DNA of 32,000 nt from Candidatus Saccharimonadota bacterium (GCF_004296475.1 NZ_AP018162.1:30001-62000), one strand, 5' to 3'. Positions 1 to 14,653 are shown, counted from the stretch's first letter. Numbers and translations are program-made. Notes: generated by a model not told the origin, from the sequence alone.

Positions 1-2
1 TT

Positions 3-464
3 TTTATTAAAAAATATAATTATAAAATAAAAAATAATAATTTTATAAAAAATAATTATTTTAATAAAAATTTATCATTTGATTATTTATTATATATAAA
101 TAATATAAAAGATGAATATATATCTAAAATATTTTCTATTATAGAAAATATAACATTTTTTAATAATAAATATATAAAAAATACAAACTATTTTGATAAA
201 TCATTAAATATTATAATAATAAAAAATATTAATCCTTTTAATATTGGTATATTAGATTCTATATATGAATTTAGAACAAAAATATATTTTTTTATTAAAA
301 AAAAGATAGAAACAATATTAAATAATATTAATAATACTAATATATTAAATAAAGTATTAACTAAAAAAATAAATTCAGATTTAATAACAGAAAAACAAAT
401 AGTCGAATATAACTCTTCTATGAACGGGATAATAAATTTTTATAAAAAATATAGAAATTTATAA
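3..464 (+). CDS. 3' part of an unidentified protein-coding gene (5' end lies outside the window)
   Basis: Frame 3 is open from the window edge to TAA at 462-464, about 153 codons (...DSIYEFRTKIYFFIKKKIETILNN...NGIINFYKKYRNL*). It is absent from the ORF track because it has no start in the window. An open frame this long is unlikely by chance in DNA this AT-rich. I recognise no motif. It converges on efp and overlaps its 3' end by 6 nt. Confidence 0.45.
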   Translation, partial: FIKKYNYKIKNNNFIKNNYFNKNLSFDYLLYINNIKDEYISKIFSIIENITFFNNKYIKNTNYFDKSLNIIIIKNINPFNIGILDSIYEFRTKIYFFIKKKIETILNNINNTNILNKVLTKKINSDLITEKQIVEYNSSMNGIINFYKKYRNL

Positions 465-1028
465 ATTATTTTTAACTTTTGATATATATTCTTTTTTTTC
501 TATATTTACTCTTATAATATCTCCACTTTTTATAAAAAGTGGAGATTTTATCATTAAGTTATTTCCTAAATCAGATAATACATAATTATTATTTACACAA
601 ATAATATTTATAACTTTAAAATTTATAATTTTAGGTATTATTATATTTATAAAAATTTTATTAAGAAAAATTAATTTATAATTAATTTTTTTAAATATAA
701 AAATATATTTATTTTTTATTAAATTAATATCTATTTTTATATGAGATTCATCTTCACATGAAATAAAAAAAAAAATATTTTTAACTCTATATAGAAAAAA
801 ACAACTTTTTTCTATAATATAAGCTTTTTTTATATTATCTTTAGATTTAAATACTTTATCTAAAATTTTATTAGAAATAATATTTTTAATTCTTATTCTG
901 TTAAATGATAAACCTTTACCTGATTTTATAAATTCATTTTTTATAACTATAAAAGGTTCATCATTATATATTATCTTGTCTCCTATATTTAAATTATCTA
1001 TTAAAATATTTCTAATACTATTTTTCAT
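459..1028 (-). CDS. efp: Elongation factor P
   Basis: The 189-aa product is collinear with E. coli EF-P. The loop FIKSGKGLSF matches FVKPGKGQAF and contains the modified Lys. The C-terminal PLFIKSGDIIRVNIEKKEYISKVK matches [24 protein letters not shown]. Confidence 0.9.
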   Translation of the reverse strand: MKNSIRNILIDNLNIGDKIIYNDEPFIVIKNEFIKSGKGLSFNRIRIKNIISNKILDKVFKSKDNIKKAYIIEKSCFFLYRVKNIFFFISCEDESHIKIDINLIKNKYIFIFKKINYKLIFLNKIFINIIIPKIINFKVINIICVNNNYVLSDLGNNLMIKSPLFIKSGDIIRVNIEKKEYISKVKNNL

Positions 1029-1050
1029 TAGAAATTATATAAAAATTTTA

Positions 1051-2703
<1,653 letters not shown>

Positions 2704-2724
2704 TTAATAATTATTAATTTTTTT

Positions 2725-3015
2725 TTAAAAATCTACAACTGCTAAAATATCACTTTCTGAAATTATTAAAATTTCTTCATTATTTATTTTTTCTGTTTTT
2801 ATTCCATAACTATCATTAAATATTATTATATCTCCTATTTTTACATCTAATGGTTTTATATCACCATTATCTAATATTCTACCTTTGCCTATAGCTATAA
2901 CTTCCCCTCTATTAGATTTATTAGAAGACCCAGTTAAAACTATTCCTCCTGATGACTTAGATTCTATGTCTTTTCTTTTTATAATAACTTTATCATATAA
3001 TGGGCGTATTTTCAT
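2725..3015 (-). CDS. groES: Co-chaperonin GroES (Hsp10)
   Basis: The 96-aa product reads [14 protein letters not shown]...GGIVLTGS...[15 protein letters not shown], which is typical GroES. It sits 30 nt upstream of groEL. Confidence 0.97.
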   Translation of the reverse strand: MKIRPLYDKVIIKRKDIESKSSGGIVLTGSSNKSNRGEVIAIGKGRILDNGDIKPLDVKIGDIIIFNDSYGIKTEKINNEEILIISESDILAVVDF

Positions 3016-3066
3016 TTTTTTTTTCTCTTAAATAAAAATTAAAAATAAAATTTAATATAATTAATA

Positions 3067-3095
3067 ATATAAGGTCATTTTTTTAATACTTCAAG
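3067..3095 (-). promoter_or_regulatory. Candidate sigma-32 (heat-shock) promoter of groES-groEL
   Basis: The minus strand reads CTTGAAG (3095-3089), then a 14-nt spacer, then CCTTATAT (3074-3067), about 50 nt upstream of the groES ATG. It resembles the sigma-32 consensus CTTGAA-N13-15-CCCCATNT. These are almost the only C/G positions in an otherwise pure A/T spacer. Confidence 0.35.
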
Positions 3096-3108
3096 TGATT
3101 TTTTTTAA

Positions 3109-3137
3109 TTGACAATTTATTTATTAAATATTAAAAT
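3109..3137 (+). promoter_or_regulatory. Candidate sigma-70 promoter for tRNA-Phe (and possibly dnaB)
   Basis: A perfect TTGACA (3109-3114) is followed by an exact 17-nt spacer and TAAAAT (3132-3137), 11 nt upstream of the tRNA-Phe 5' end. Sequences resembling a -10 element are common in this DNA, but a perfect -35 hexamer is not. Confidence 0.35.
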
Positions 3138-3148
3138 TTTTATATAAG

Positions 3149-3221
3149 GCCTGAATAGCTCAGTTGGTAGAGCAATGGACTGAAGATCCATGTGTCGTTG
3201 GTTCAATTCCAACTTCAGGCA
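3149..3221 (+). tRNA. tRNA-Phe (anticodon GAA)
   Basis: A cloverleaf can be read directly. The acceptor is GCCTGAA/TTCAGGC, the D arm GCTC-AGTTGGTA-GAGC, the anticodon arm ATGGA-CTGAAGA-TCCAT, and the T arm GTTGG-TTCAATT-CCAAC. It is close to E. coli tRNA-Phe. No 3' CCA is encoded. Confidence 0.93.
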
Positions 3222-3307
3222 TTTTTATTTTATTATTTTATAATTATATATTATTAATTTTATAATATAAGGTATATTTATAATTTTATTTTTATTAAAA
3301 TATAATT

Positions 3308-4696
3308 ATGATAAAAAATAATAATAAACTATTCTTAGAAAAAAATAATTTTAAAAATATAAAAATATTTCCATATTCTATTGAAGCAGAACAATCTGTA
3401 TTAGGCGGGTTAATGATAGATAATAGTAAATGGTTTTCTGTAATAGAAATAATAGATAGTGATGATTTTTTTAATATAAATCATAAAATGATTTTTGATG
3501 AAATGAAATTATTAATAGATTCAAGAAATCCTATAGATTTAATAACAATATCAGATTCATTAAATAAAAAAAAATTTTTAAATTCAATAGGAGGATTTTC
3601 ATATTTAGCTGAAATTTCAAAAAATATACCAAGCGTAGCAAATATATTAGCATATTCTTATATAATAAGAGAAAAATCTATAATGAGATGTATATTAACT
3701 ATTTCAAATGAAATTTCAGACATATGTTTTAATCCTAAAGATAAAAATGTAGATGATATAATTGATATAGTAGAATCTAAATTATTTTTTTTATCAGATA
3801 AAAGATCAAAAACAAATAATAATCCTAAAGATATAAAAAAAGTTCTTGAAAATACAATAAATAATATAAAAAAAATATGTATTAATTCTAAAAAAGATAT
3901 AATAGGAATATCTACAGGATATCATGATTTAGATAGAAAGACATTAGGTTTACAAAAATCTGATTTAATAATAATAGCATCAAGACCATCTATGGGTAAA
4001 ACAACTTTTGCAATAAATTTATGTGAAAATATTTCTATAATAGAAAAAAAACCAATTTTAATATTTAGTTTAGAAATGTCAGGAGAACAAATAATGATAA
4101 AAATACTATCATCTATGTCAAGAATAGATCAATATAAAATTAAAACTGGAAAGTTAGATAAAAATGATTGGGTAAAAATGAATAATATATATAATATATT
4201 AATAAATAATAATAATATGTATATAGATGATTCTTCAATATTAACTCCAAATGATTTAAGATCAAAAGCAAGAAAATTATTTAGAGAAAATAATGGATTA
4301 AGTTTAATAATGATAGATTATTTACAGTTAATAAAAATCCCATCTTTATCTAATAATAGAACTTTAGAAATATCAGAAATATCAAGATCATTAAAATCAT
4401 TAGCAAAAGAATTAAATATTCCTATAATAGCATTATCTCAATTAAATAGAAGTTTAGAATTAAGATCTGATAAAAGACCTGTTAATTCAGATTTAAGAGA
4501 ATCTGGATCAATAGAACAAGATGCTGATTTAATAATGTTTATATATAGAGACGAAGTATATAATGAAAATAGTGATTTTAAAGGAACAGCTGAAATAATA
4601 TTAGGAAAACATAGAAATGGACCTATAGGATCAATTAAATTAACTTTTAATAGTAAATTATCAAGATTTGATAATTATATAAACATAAAATATTAA
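3308..4696 (+). CDS. dnaB: Replicative DNA helicase DnaB
   Basis: The 462-aa product has the N-terminal PYSIEAEQSVLGGLM, the Walker A motif ASRPSMGKTTFAINL, IMIDYLQLI, ALSQLNRSLE, and ESGSIEQDADLIMFIYRDEVY. Confidence 0.95.
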   Translation: MIKNNNKLFLEKNNFKNIKIFPYSIEAEQSVLGGLMIDNSKWFSVIEIIDSDDFFNINHKMIFDEMKLLIDSRNPIDLITISDSLNKKKFLNSIGGFSYLAEISKNIPSVANILAYSYIIREKSIMRCILTISNEISDICFNPKDKNVDDIIDIVESKLFFLSDKRSKTNNNPKDIKKVLENTINNIKKICINSKKDIIGISTGYHDLDRKTLGLQKSDLIIIASRPSMGKTTFAINLCENISIIEKKPILIFSLEMSGEQIMIKILSSMSRIDQYKIKTGKLDKNDWVKMNNIYNILINNNNMYIDDSSILTPNDLRSKARKLFRENNGLSLIMIDYLQLIKIPSLSNNRTLEISEISRSLKSLAKELNIPIIALSQLNRSLELRSDKRPVNSDLRESGSIEQDADLIMFIYRDEVYNENSDFKGTAEIILGKHRNGPIGSIKLTFNSKLSRFDNYINIKY

Positions 4697-5529
4697 TAGA
4701 TATCTTTTATACTTTTTCTTATTTTATTTATAGCATTTTTTTCTATTTGTCTTATTCTTTCTATTGAAACATTGTATATAATAGATAATTCTTTTAATGT
4801 TGTTTTTTTATTTTCTATTAACCATCTTGATTTTATTATATGTTTACTTCTATTATCAAGTTTTAATAATGCATTATTAATTTTGTTATTTATATTACTA
4901 TTCCAATTATTATTCTCTATTTTTTTAAATTCATCATTATAATTTAATAAATTATTAACATTGTATTTTAATTTATTATTAATATCTTCTCTTTCTTCAA
5001 TATATAAATCTTTATAAGACATTCTAGATTCCATTTCAAATACATCTTTTAGTGAAACTTGTAATTTATTAGCTATAATATTAGCCTCATTTATATTTAA
5101 CCAATCTATCTTATTTTTTATTTTTCTTAGATTAAAAAATAATTTCTTTTGTGATTTTGTGGTTGCTATTTTAACTATTTTCCAATTTTTTAATATATAT
5201 TCATTTATTTCTGCTTTTATCCAGTATATAGCAAAAGATATTAATCTAACTCCAATATTTGGATTAAATTTTTTAACTGCTTTTAATAAACCTATATTTC
5301 CTTCTTGAATTAAATCTAATTGAGGTAATCCATATCCTGAATATTTTTTAGTTATTTGTACAATAAATTTTAAATTACATAATATTAATTTTTTAGTAGA
5401 TTCTAAATCTCCTTTATAATATAAGTTATTTAATAATATATTTTCTTCTTTAGAAGATAATGTAGGATATAAATTTATAGATTTTATATAAAATCTTAAG
5501 TTTGATTTATGCAAATAAAAATCATTCAT
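4693..5529 (-). CDS. rpoH: RNA polymerase sigma-32 factor RpoH
   Basis: The 278-aa product has region 2 (DLIQEGNIGLLKAVKKFNP) and an RpoH-box-like TKSQKKLFFNLRK. Region 4 reads TLKELSIIYNVSIERIRQIEKNA. Confidence 0.92.
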   Translation of the reverse strand: MNDFYLHKSNLRFYIKSINLYPTLSSKEENILLNNLYYKGDLESTKKLILCNLKFIVQITKKYSGYGLPQLDLIQEGNIGLLKAVKKFNPNIGVRLISFAIYWIKAEINEYILKNWKIVKIATTKSQKKLFFNLRKIKNKIDWLNINEANIIANKLQVSLKDVFEMESRMSYKDLYIEEREDINNKLKYNVNNLLNYNDEFKKIENNNWNSNINNKINNALLKLDNRSKHIIKSRWLIENKKTTLKELSIIYNVSIERIRQIEKNAINKIRKSIKDIY

Positions 5530-5560
5530 TTTAATTTATTTATAATTTTAATATAAAAAT

Positions 5561-6418
5561 ATGTTAAATAAAAAAAAAAAAGTATTTATATTAGATGGAA
5601 CATTTCACATATATAGATCTTATTATGCATTTTTAAATAATAAAAATATATATAAAAATTGTGAAGCGATATATGGGACATTTTTTATAATAAAAAAAAT
5701 ATTGTTAAATTTTAATCCTGAATATATTGTAATAACATTAGATTCTCCAGGAACAAATTTTAGAAAAATATTAAGTAATAAATATAAAAGTAATAGAAAA
5801 AAATGTCCTATAGATTTAATATATCAGATTAATATAATAAAAAAAATAATAGTTGATGAATTAGGTATAAATATAATATCTTTTCCTGGGATAGAAGCTG
5901 ATGATATAATAGGAACTTTATCTAAACAATGCGAAAGGAACAATTTTAATGTTCTGATAAGTTCATTAGATAAAGATATGTATCAATTAATTTCTAATAG
6001 TATTAAAATATTAGATATATATAATAATAAAATAATAGATTCAGATATTGTATATAATAAATACGGTATATACCCAAATATGATGATAGATTATTTATCA
6101 TTAGTAGGCGATGTATCAGATAATATAAAAGGTATATTAGGAATAGGACCTAAAACAGCTAAAATACTATTAAAAAATATAGGAAATATTAATTTTATAT
6201 ATAGAAATATAAATAATTTATATAAATATTCAAATATAAAAAATATTAATTCTATTATAAAAAAACTTAAAGATTATGAATCAGACGTTTTATTAGCATA
6301 TGAATTAATTAAAATAAACACAAATATATTTATAGGCTGTAAAATAGAAAAATTAAAAATTAATAAATATAATATTTTAGAAATAAATAAAATTATTAAA
6401 AAAACTTTAAATTATTAA
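5561..6418 (+). CDS. polA: 5'-3' exonuclease (FEN-like N-terminal domain of DNA polymerase I only; no Klenow part)
   Basis: The 285-aa product is collinear with E. coli PolA residues about 1-300. Matching segments include ILDGTFHIYRSYYAF, GIEADDIIGTLS, SSLDKDMYQLIS and YGIYPNMMIDYLSLVGDVSDNIKGILGIGPKTAKILL. The ORF stops where the 3'-5' exonuclease and polymerase domains would begin. Confidence 0.8.
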   Translation: MLNKKKKVFILDGTFHIYRSYYAFLNNKNIYKNCEAIYGTFFIIKKILLNFNPEYIVITLDSPGTNFRKILSNKYKSNRKKCPIDLIYQINIIKKIIVDELGINIISFPGIEADDIIGTLSKQCERNNFNVLISSLDKDMYQLISNSIKILDIYNNKIIDSDIVYNKYGIYPNMMIDYLSLVGDVSDNIKGILGIGPKTAKILLKNIGNINFIYRNINNLYKYSNIKNINSIIKKLKDYESDVLLAYELIKINTNIFIGCKIEKLKINKYNILEINKIIKKTLNY

Positions 6419-6422
6419 TACT

Positions 6423-6851
6423 ATGGAAAAAACAATTAATATGTCTTTAATAATTGATTCTTTGTTTAATATAATAAATAAATTAAAAAAAGATATAAAT
6501 AATAAATTATATGATAAGGGTTTATCTGTATCAAAAATAAAATTATTAAAATTTATTATTAATAATAATAAAGTAAGTGCTACAGATATAAAAAAGTATA
6601 TGGAATTTTCATCTAGAACAGTAGTTACTGTTATAGATTTTTTAGAAAAAGAAAATTTTATATATAGAAAACAAAATATTAGAGATAGAAGAATAAAAAA
6701 TATATATATAACAGATAAAGGTATAAAAGAATTAGATAATGCTGAAAATTATAATAAAAAAATATTAAATAATATATTTTCTTCATTAACTAAATTTCAA
6801 TTAGAAAAATTTAATGAAATATGTAGTTTAATAAATATAAGTAAAAAATAA
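6423..6851 (+). CDS. MarR/SlyA-family winged-helix transcriptional regulator (putative)
   Basis: The 142-aa size fits the family. The MarR-type pattern is LSVSKIKLLKFII...VSATDIKKYMEFSSRTVVTVIDFLEKENFIYRKQNIRDRRIKNIYITDKG (HTH, then wing with DRR-x-K-x-I-x-(L/I)T-x-x-G). This was recognised by eye only. Confidence 0.55.
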   Translation: MEKTINMSLIIDSLFNIINKLKKDINNKLYDKGLSVSKIKLLKFIINNNKVSATDIKKYMEFSSRTVVTVIDFLEKENFIYRKQNIRDRRIKNIYITDKGIKELDNAENYNKKILNNIFSSLTKFQLEKFNEICSLINISKK

Positions 6852-6857
6852 TTTTAT

Positions 6858-8252
6858 ATGTTTATTGTAATAAAAAGAATAAATGAAAAATTAAATTATA
6901 TAATAAATAAATTTAATATTGATACATTATTAATATCTTTTAGCGGAGGAATGGATTCAACTTTATTATTAGAAATTATGATATATATAAAAAATACTAT
7001 AAATAGTAATTTAAATATAAAAGCTATATATATAAATCATAAATATTTTATAAAAAATTCTTATATATTAAATCATTGTATAAAATACTGTAATAATAAA
7101 AAAATAATTTTATATATAAAAGATATTTTATTAAAAAAAAAAAATAATATAGAAGAAAATTTAAGAAAATTAAGATATAAAGAAATATCTAAAATAATAA
7201 ATAAAAATGAAATTTTACTGACTGGTTATAATAAAAATGATCAAATAGAAAATATTTTTCTTTCATTGAAAAGAGGTAAAGGAATAAAATCAATATTAAT
7301 TAGAGAATTAACTTCAATATATAATTTTAAAATATTTAGACCATTAATTAATTTAAGTAAGCTAGATATACTTAACTATTCAAAAATATTAAATACATCA
7401 TGGATAGAAGATAAAAGTAATAAAAATTTAAAATTTGATAGGAATTTTATAAGATATAAAATATTAAATATATTAAATAAAAGATGGCCTGGATTTTTAA
7501 ATTCTTCATATAAATTTTTATATATATGTGATTTATATGAAAATGTATTAAATATTTACATAAAAAAAATAATAAATAATTTAATAAATAAAAAAGATAA
7601 ATCTATAAATATATTTTTGTTAAATATTAAAAATATTAATTTAACTAAAATTATTATAAGAATATGGTTAGAAAAATACCATAACTTATATATATCATAT
7701 TATGATTTAATTAGGATATATAATGATATCATATTAAATGATAATCCTTTATCTACTTTAAAAATAAAAAATATTATTTTAAATAAATATAATAATACTA
7801 TATATTGTATAAAAAATTTAAATAATAATTTAAAATATTATAAAAATATATATATAGAAAAAATAAATAAATTTATAAAATTACCATATAATTCAGGCAT
7901 AATAAAAATATCAGATAATTTTAATTTAATTAAAAATTATATTGATAATTATAATTTTTTATTTCATAGAATAAGAAAAATAAATAATAAAGAGATTATA
8001 ATTATAAAATTTAATAATAAAAATTTTTTTAATAGTAAAATAAAATATAAAATAATAGGATTTAATAATAAAAAAACTTTAAAGGAAATATATAGTATAT
8101 TTGATATACCAATTTGTAAAAGAAATAAAATACCTATGTTATTTTTTAATGACAAACTTATATCTTTAATAGGTTATTTTATAACATATGAAGGTATTAG
8201 TAGAAATATAGATAATGAATGGTTTTTAATTTATAAAATAAAAAATTTATAG
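6858..8252 (+). CDS. tilS: tRNA(Ile)-lysidine synthase
   Basis: The 464-aa product has the N-terminal PP-loop LLISFSGGMDSTLLLE, then LLTGYNKNDQIENIFLSLKRGKG and RPLINLSK. The length fits TilS. Confidence 0.88.
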   Translation: MFIVIKRINEKLNYIINKFNIDTLLISFSGGMDSTLLLEIMIYIKNTINSNLNIKAIYINHKYFIKNSYILNHCIKYCNNKKIILYIKDILLKKKNNIEENLRKLRYKEISKIINKNEILLTGYNKNDQIENIFLSLKRGKGIKSILIRELTSIYNFKIFRPLINLSKLDILNYSKILNTSWIEDKSNKNLKFDRNFIRYKILNILNKRWPGFLNSSYKFLYICDLYENVLNIYIKKIINNLINKKDKSINIFLLNIKNINLTKIIIRIWLEKYHNLYISYYDLIRIYNDIILNDNPLSTLKIKNIILNKYNNTIYCIKNLNNNLKYYKNIYIEKINKFIKLPYNSGIIKISDNFNLIKNYIDNYNFLFHRIRKINNKEIIIIKFNNKNFFNSKIKYKIIGFNNKKTLKEIYSIFDIPICKRNKIPMLFFNDKLISLIGYFITYEGISRNIDNEWFLIYKIKNL

Positions 8253-8254
8253 AA

Positions 8255-8327
8255 CAGAGGAGGAGAGATTTGAACTCTCAACTACTGATTTTGGAGACCA
8301 GTACTTTTCCTTTTAAGTTACTCCTCT
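8255..8327 (-). tRNA. tRNA-Trp (anticodon CCA)
   Basis: The reverse complement folds as AGAGGAG-TA-ACTT-AAAAGGAA-AAGT-A-CTGGT-CTCCAAA-ATCAG-TAGTT-GAGAG-TTCAAAT-CTCTC-CTCCTCT-G. It resembles E. coli trpT, which also follows 5S in rrnC. No CCA is encoded. It lies 2 nt from the tilS stop. Confidence 0.92.
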
Positions 8328-8340
8328 ACTATAAAAATTT

Positions 8341-8482
8341 TATTTGATAATTTCCTACTCTCACATAAATTAATACACTACCATCGGCACTATGACATTT
8401 CACTTCTGAGTTCGGAATGGAAAAAATAAATAAAATATTATTTTTATTCAGGTGGTTCTATCACGTTATAATTATCAAATAA
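8341..8482 (-). rRNA. rrf: 5S rRNA (about 142 nt, carrying an internal 27-nt A/T insertion)
   Basis: The reverse complement contains the conserved 5S blocks CCACCTGA...CCATTCCGAACTCAGAAGTGAAATG...GTGCCGATGGTAGTGT...GAGAGTAGGAAA. The termini are complementary (TATTTGATAAT / ATTATCAAATA). Confidence 0.9.
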
Positions 8483-8500
8483 AAATATTCTTTTTTTATA

Positions 8501-11434
<2,934 letters not shown>

Positions 11435-11443
11435 CCTTTTTTT

Positions 11444-11516
11444 TGTCTCTTAGGGGATTTGAACCCCTGTTATTGCCGTGAAAGAGCAATGTCCTAACCT
11501 ACTAAACGAAAGAGAC
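11444..11516 (-). tRNA. tRNA-Glu (anticodon UUC) in the 16S-23S spacer
   Basis: The reverse complement is GTCTCTTTCGTTTAGTAGGTTAGGACATTGCTCTTTCACGGCAATAACAGGGGTTCAAATCCCCTAAGAGACA, very close to E. coli tRNA-Glu. No CCA is encoded. Confidence 0.93.
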
Positions 11517-11583
11517 TTTAATACATTTTACTACTAAAAATTTTTAATTATTTTTTCTATAAAACACCTAAAATAAAATAAAC

Positions 11584-13178
<1,595 letters not shown>

Positions 13179-13336
13179 AAATAAATAATAAAATACTATA
13201 TAAAAATAAAAACATATTATAGTAAACTAAAATATATTTAAATTTTATATAATCATTCTATTATTTAATAGAAAAATAATTAATAAATATATATATAATA
13301 TAATATATATATTTAATTAAGTAAATATAATATATA

Positions 13337-14599
13337 TTATTTTTTTTTCATAAGATTAAAAAATTCACTATTATTTTTAGTTATAGATAATTTATTTATT
13401 AAAAATTCTATAGCATCTATTTCATTCATTGAATTAATTATTTTTCTTAATATCCATATTTTAGACAATTCTTCATTACTTATAAGTAATTCTTCTTTTC
13501 TTGTTCCAGATTTATTATAATCTATTGCTGGAAATATTTTTTTTTCTGATATTTTTCTTGATAAATGAAGCTCCATATTACCAGTCCCTTTAAATTCTTC
13601 ATATATAACTTCATCCATTTTTGACCCAGTATCTATTAAAGCTGTAGCTATAATTGTTAAACTTCCTCCTTCTTGAATATTTCTAGCTGCTCCAAAAAAC
13701 CTTTTAGGTCTATTTAAAGCATTAGAATCTATACCTCCAGTTAATATTTTACCCGATGAAGGCATAACTGAATTATATGCTCTAGTTAATCTAGTTATAG
13801 AATCTAATAATATTATTACATCTTTTTTATGTTCAACTAATCTTTTAGCTTTTTCAATAACCATTTCAGATATTTGAATATGTCTAGAATACGGTTCGTC
13901 AAAAGTAGAAGCGATAACATCTATACTATTTATTAAATATTTCATTTCAGTAACTTCTTCTGGTCTTTCATCTATAAGTAATATTATTAAAACACATTCT
14001 GGATAATTACTATATATACTTTTAGCTATATTTTGTAGTAATACAGTTTTTCCAGCTTTAGGTGGAGCTACTATTAATCCTCTTTGACCTTTTCCTATAG
14101 GAGAAGTTAAATCTAAAACTCTTGATGTTAAATCATCGATAGTTCCATTACCCTTTTCCATTTTTAATCTAATATTAGCATGTAATGGAGTTAAATTTTC
14201 AAATAATATTTTATTTTTTGAATTTTCAGGACTATCAAAATTTATTTGATTTATTTTTAATAAAGCAAAATATTTTTCATTATCTTTTGGAGGTCTAATC
14301 TTTCCTGATATAGTATCTCCAGTTCTTAAATTAAATTTTTTTATTTGACTTGGAGAAACATATATATCATCAGGACCGGCTAGATAAGAACTATTTACTG
14401 ATCTAAGAAAACCAAATCCATCTTGCAATATTTCTAATACTCCATCTCCAAATATATCTTCACCTATTCTTGCATGTTGTTTTAAAATATTAAATATAAT
14501 ATCTTGTTTTCTCATTCTAGCTAAATTTATTAAATCCATTTTTTCTCCTATAGATATTAAATCAGATATTTTTATATTTTTTAATTCTGTTAAATTCAT
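13337..14599 (-). CDS. rho: Transcription termination factor Rho
   Basis: The 420-aa product starts MNLTELKN...[17 protein letters not shown]...[17 protein letters not shown]. It has the Walker A motif [15 protein letters not shown] and the segment [39 protein letters not shown]. Confidence 0.96.
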   Translation of the reverse strand: MNLTELKNIKISDLISIGEKMDLINLARMRKQDIIFNILKQHARIGEDIFGDGVLEILQDGFGFLRSVNSSYLAGPDDIYVSPSQIKKFNLRTGDTISGKIRPPKDNEKYFALLKINQINFDSPENSKNKILFENLTPLHANIRLKMEKGNGTIDDLTSRVLDLTSPIGKGQRGLIVAPPKAGKTVLLQNIAKSIYSNYPECVLIILLIDERPEEVTEMKYLINSIDVIASTFDEPYSRHIQISEMVIEKAKRLVEHKKDVIILLDSITRLTRAYNSVMPSSGKILTGGIDSNALNRPKRFFGAARNIQEGGSLTIIATALIDTGSKMDEVIYEEFKGTGNMELHLSRKISEKKIFPAIDYNKSGTRKEELLISNEELSKIWILRKIINSMNEIDAIEFLINKLSITKNNSEFFNLMKKK

Positions 14600-14653
14600 A
14601 ATTACTCTTTTATAATTGTTAAATAACTATAAATTATTTTTAGTTATTAATTT

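Noticed and set aside
13179-13336. rRNA operon promoter or UP element in the rho-16S spacer
   Set aside because: The spacer is pure A/T with many hexamers resembling a -10 element. It has no convincing -35 element, so I could not single out a promoter.
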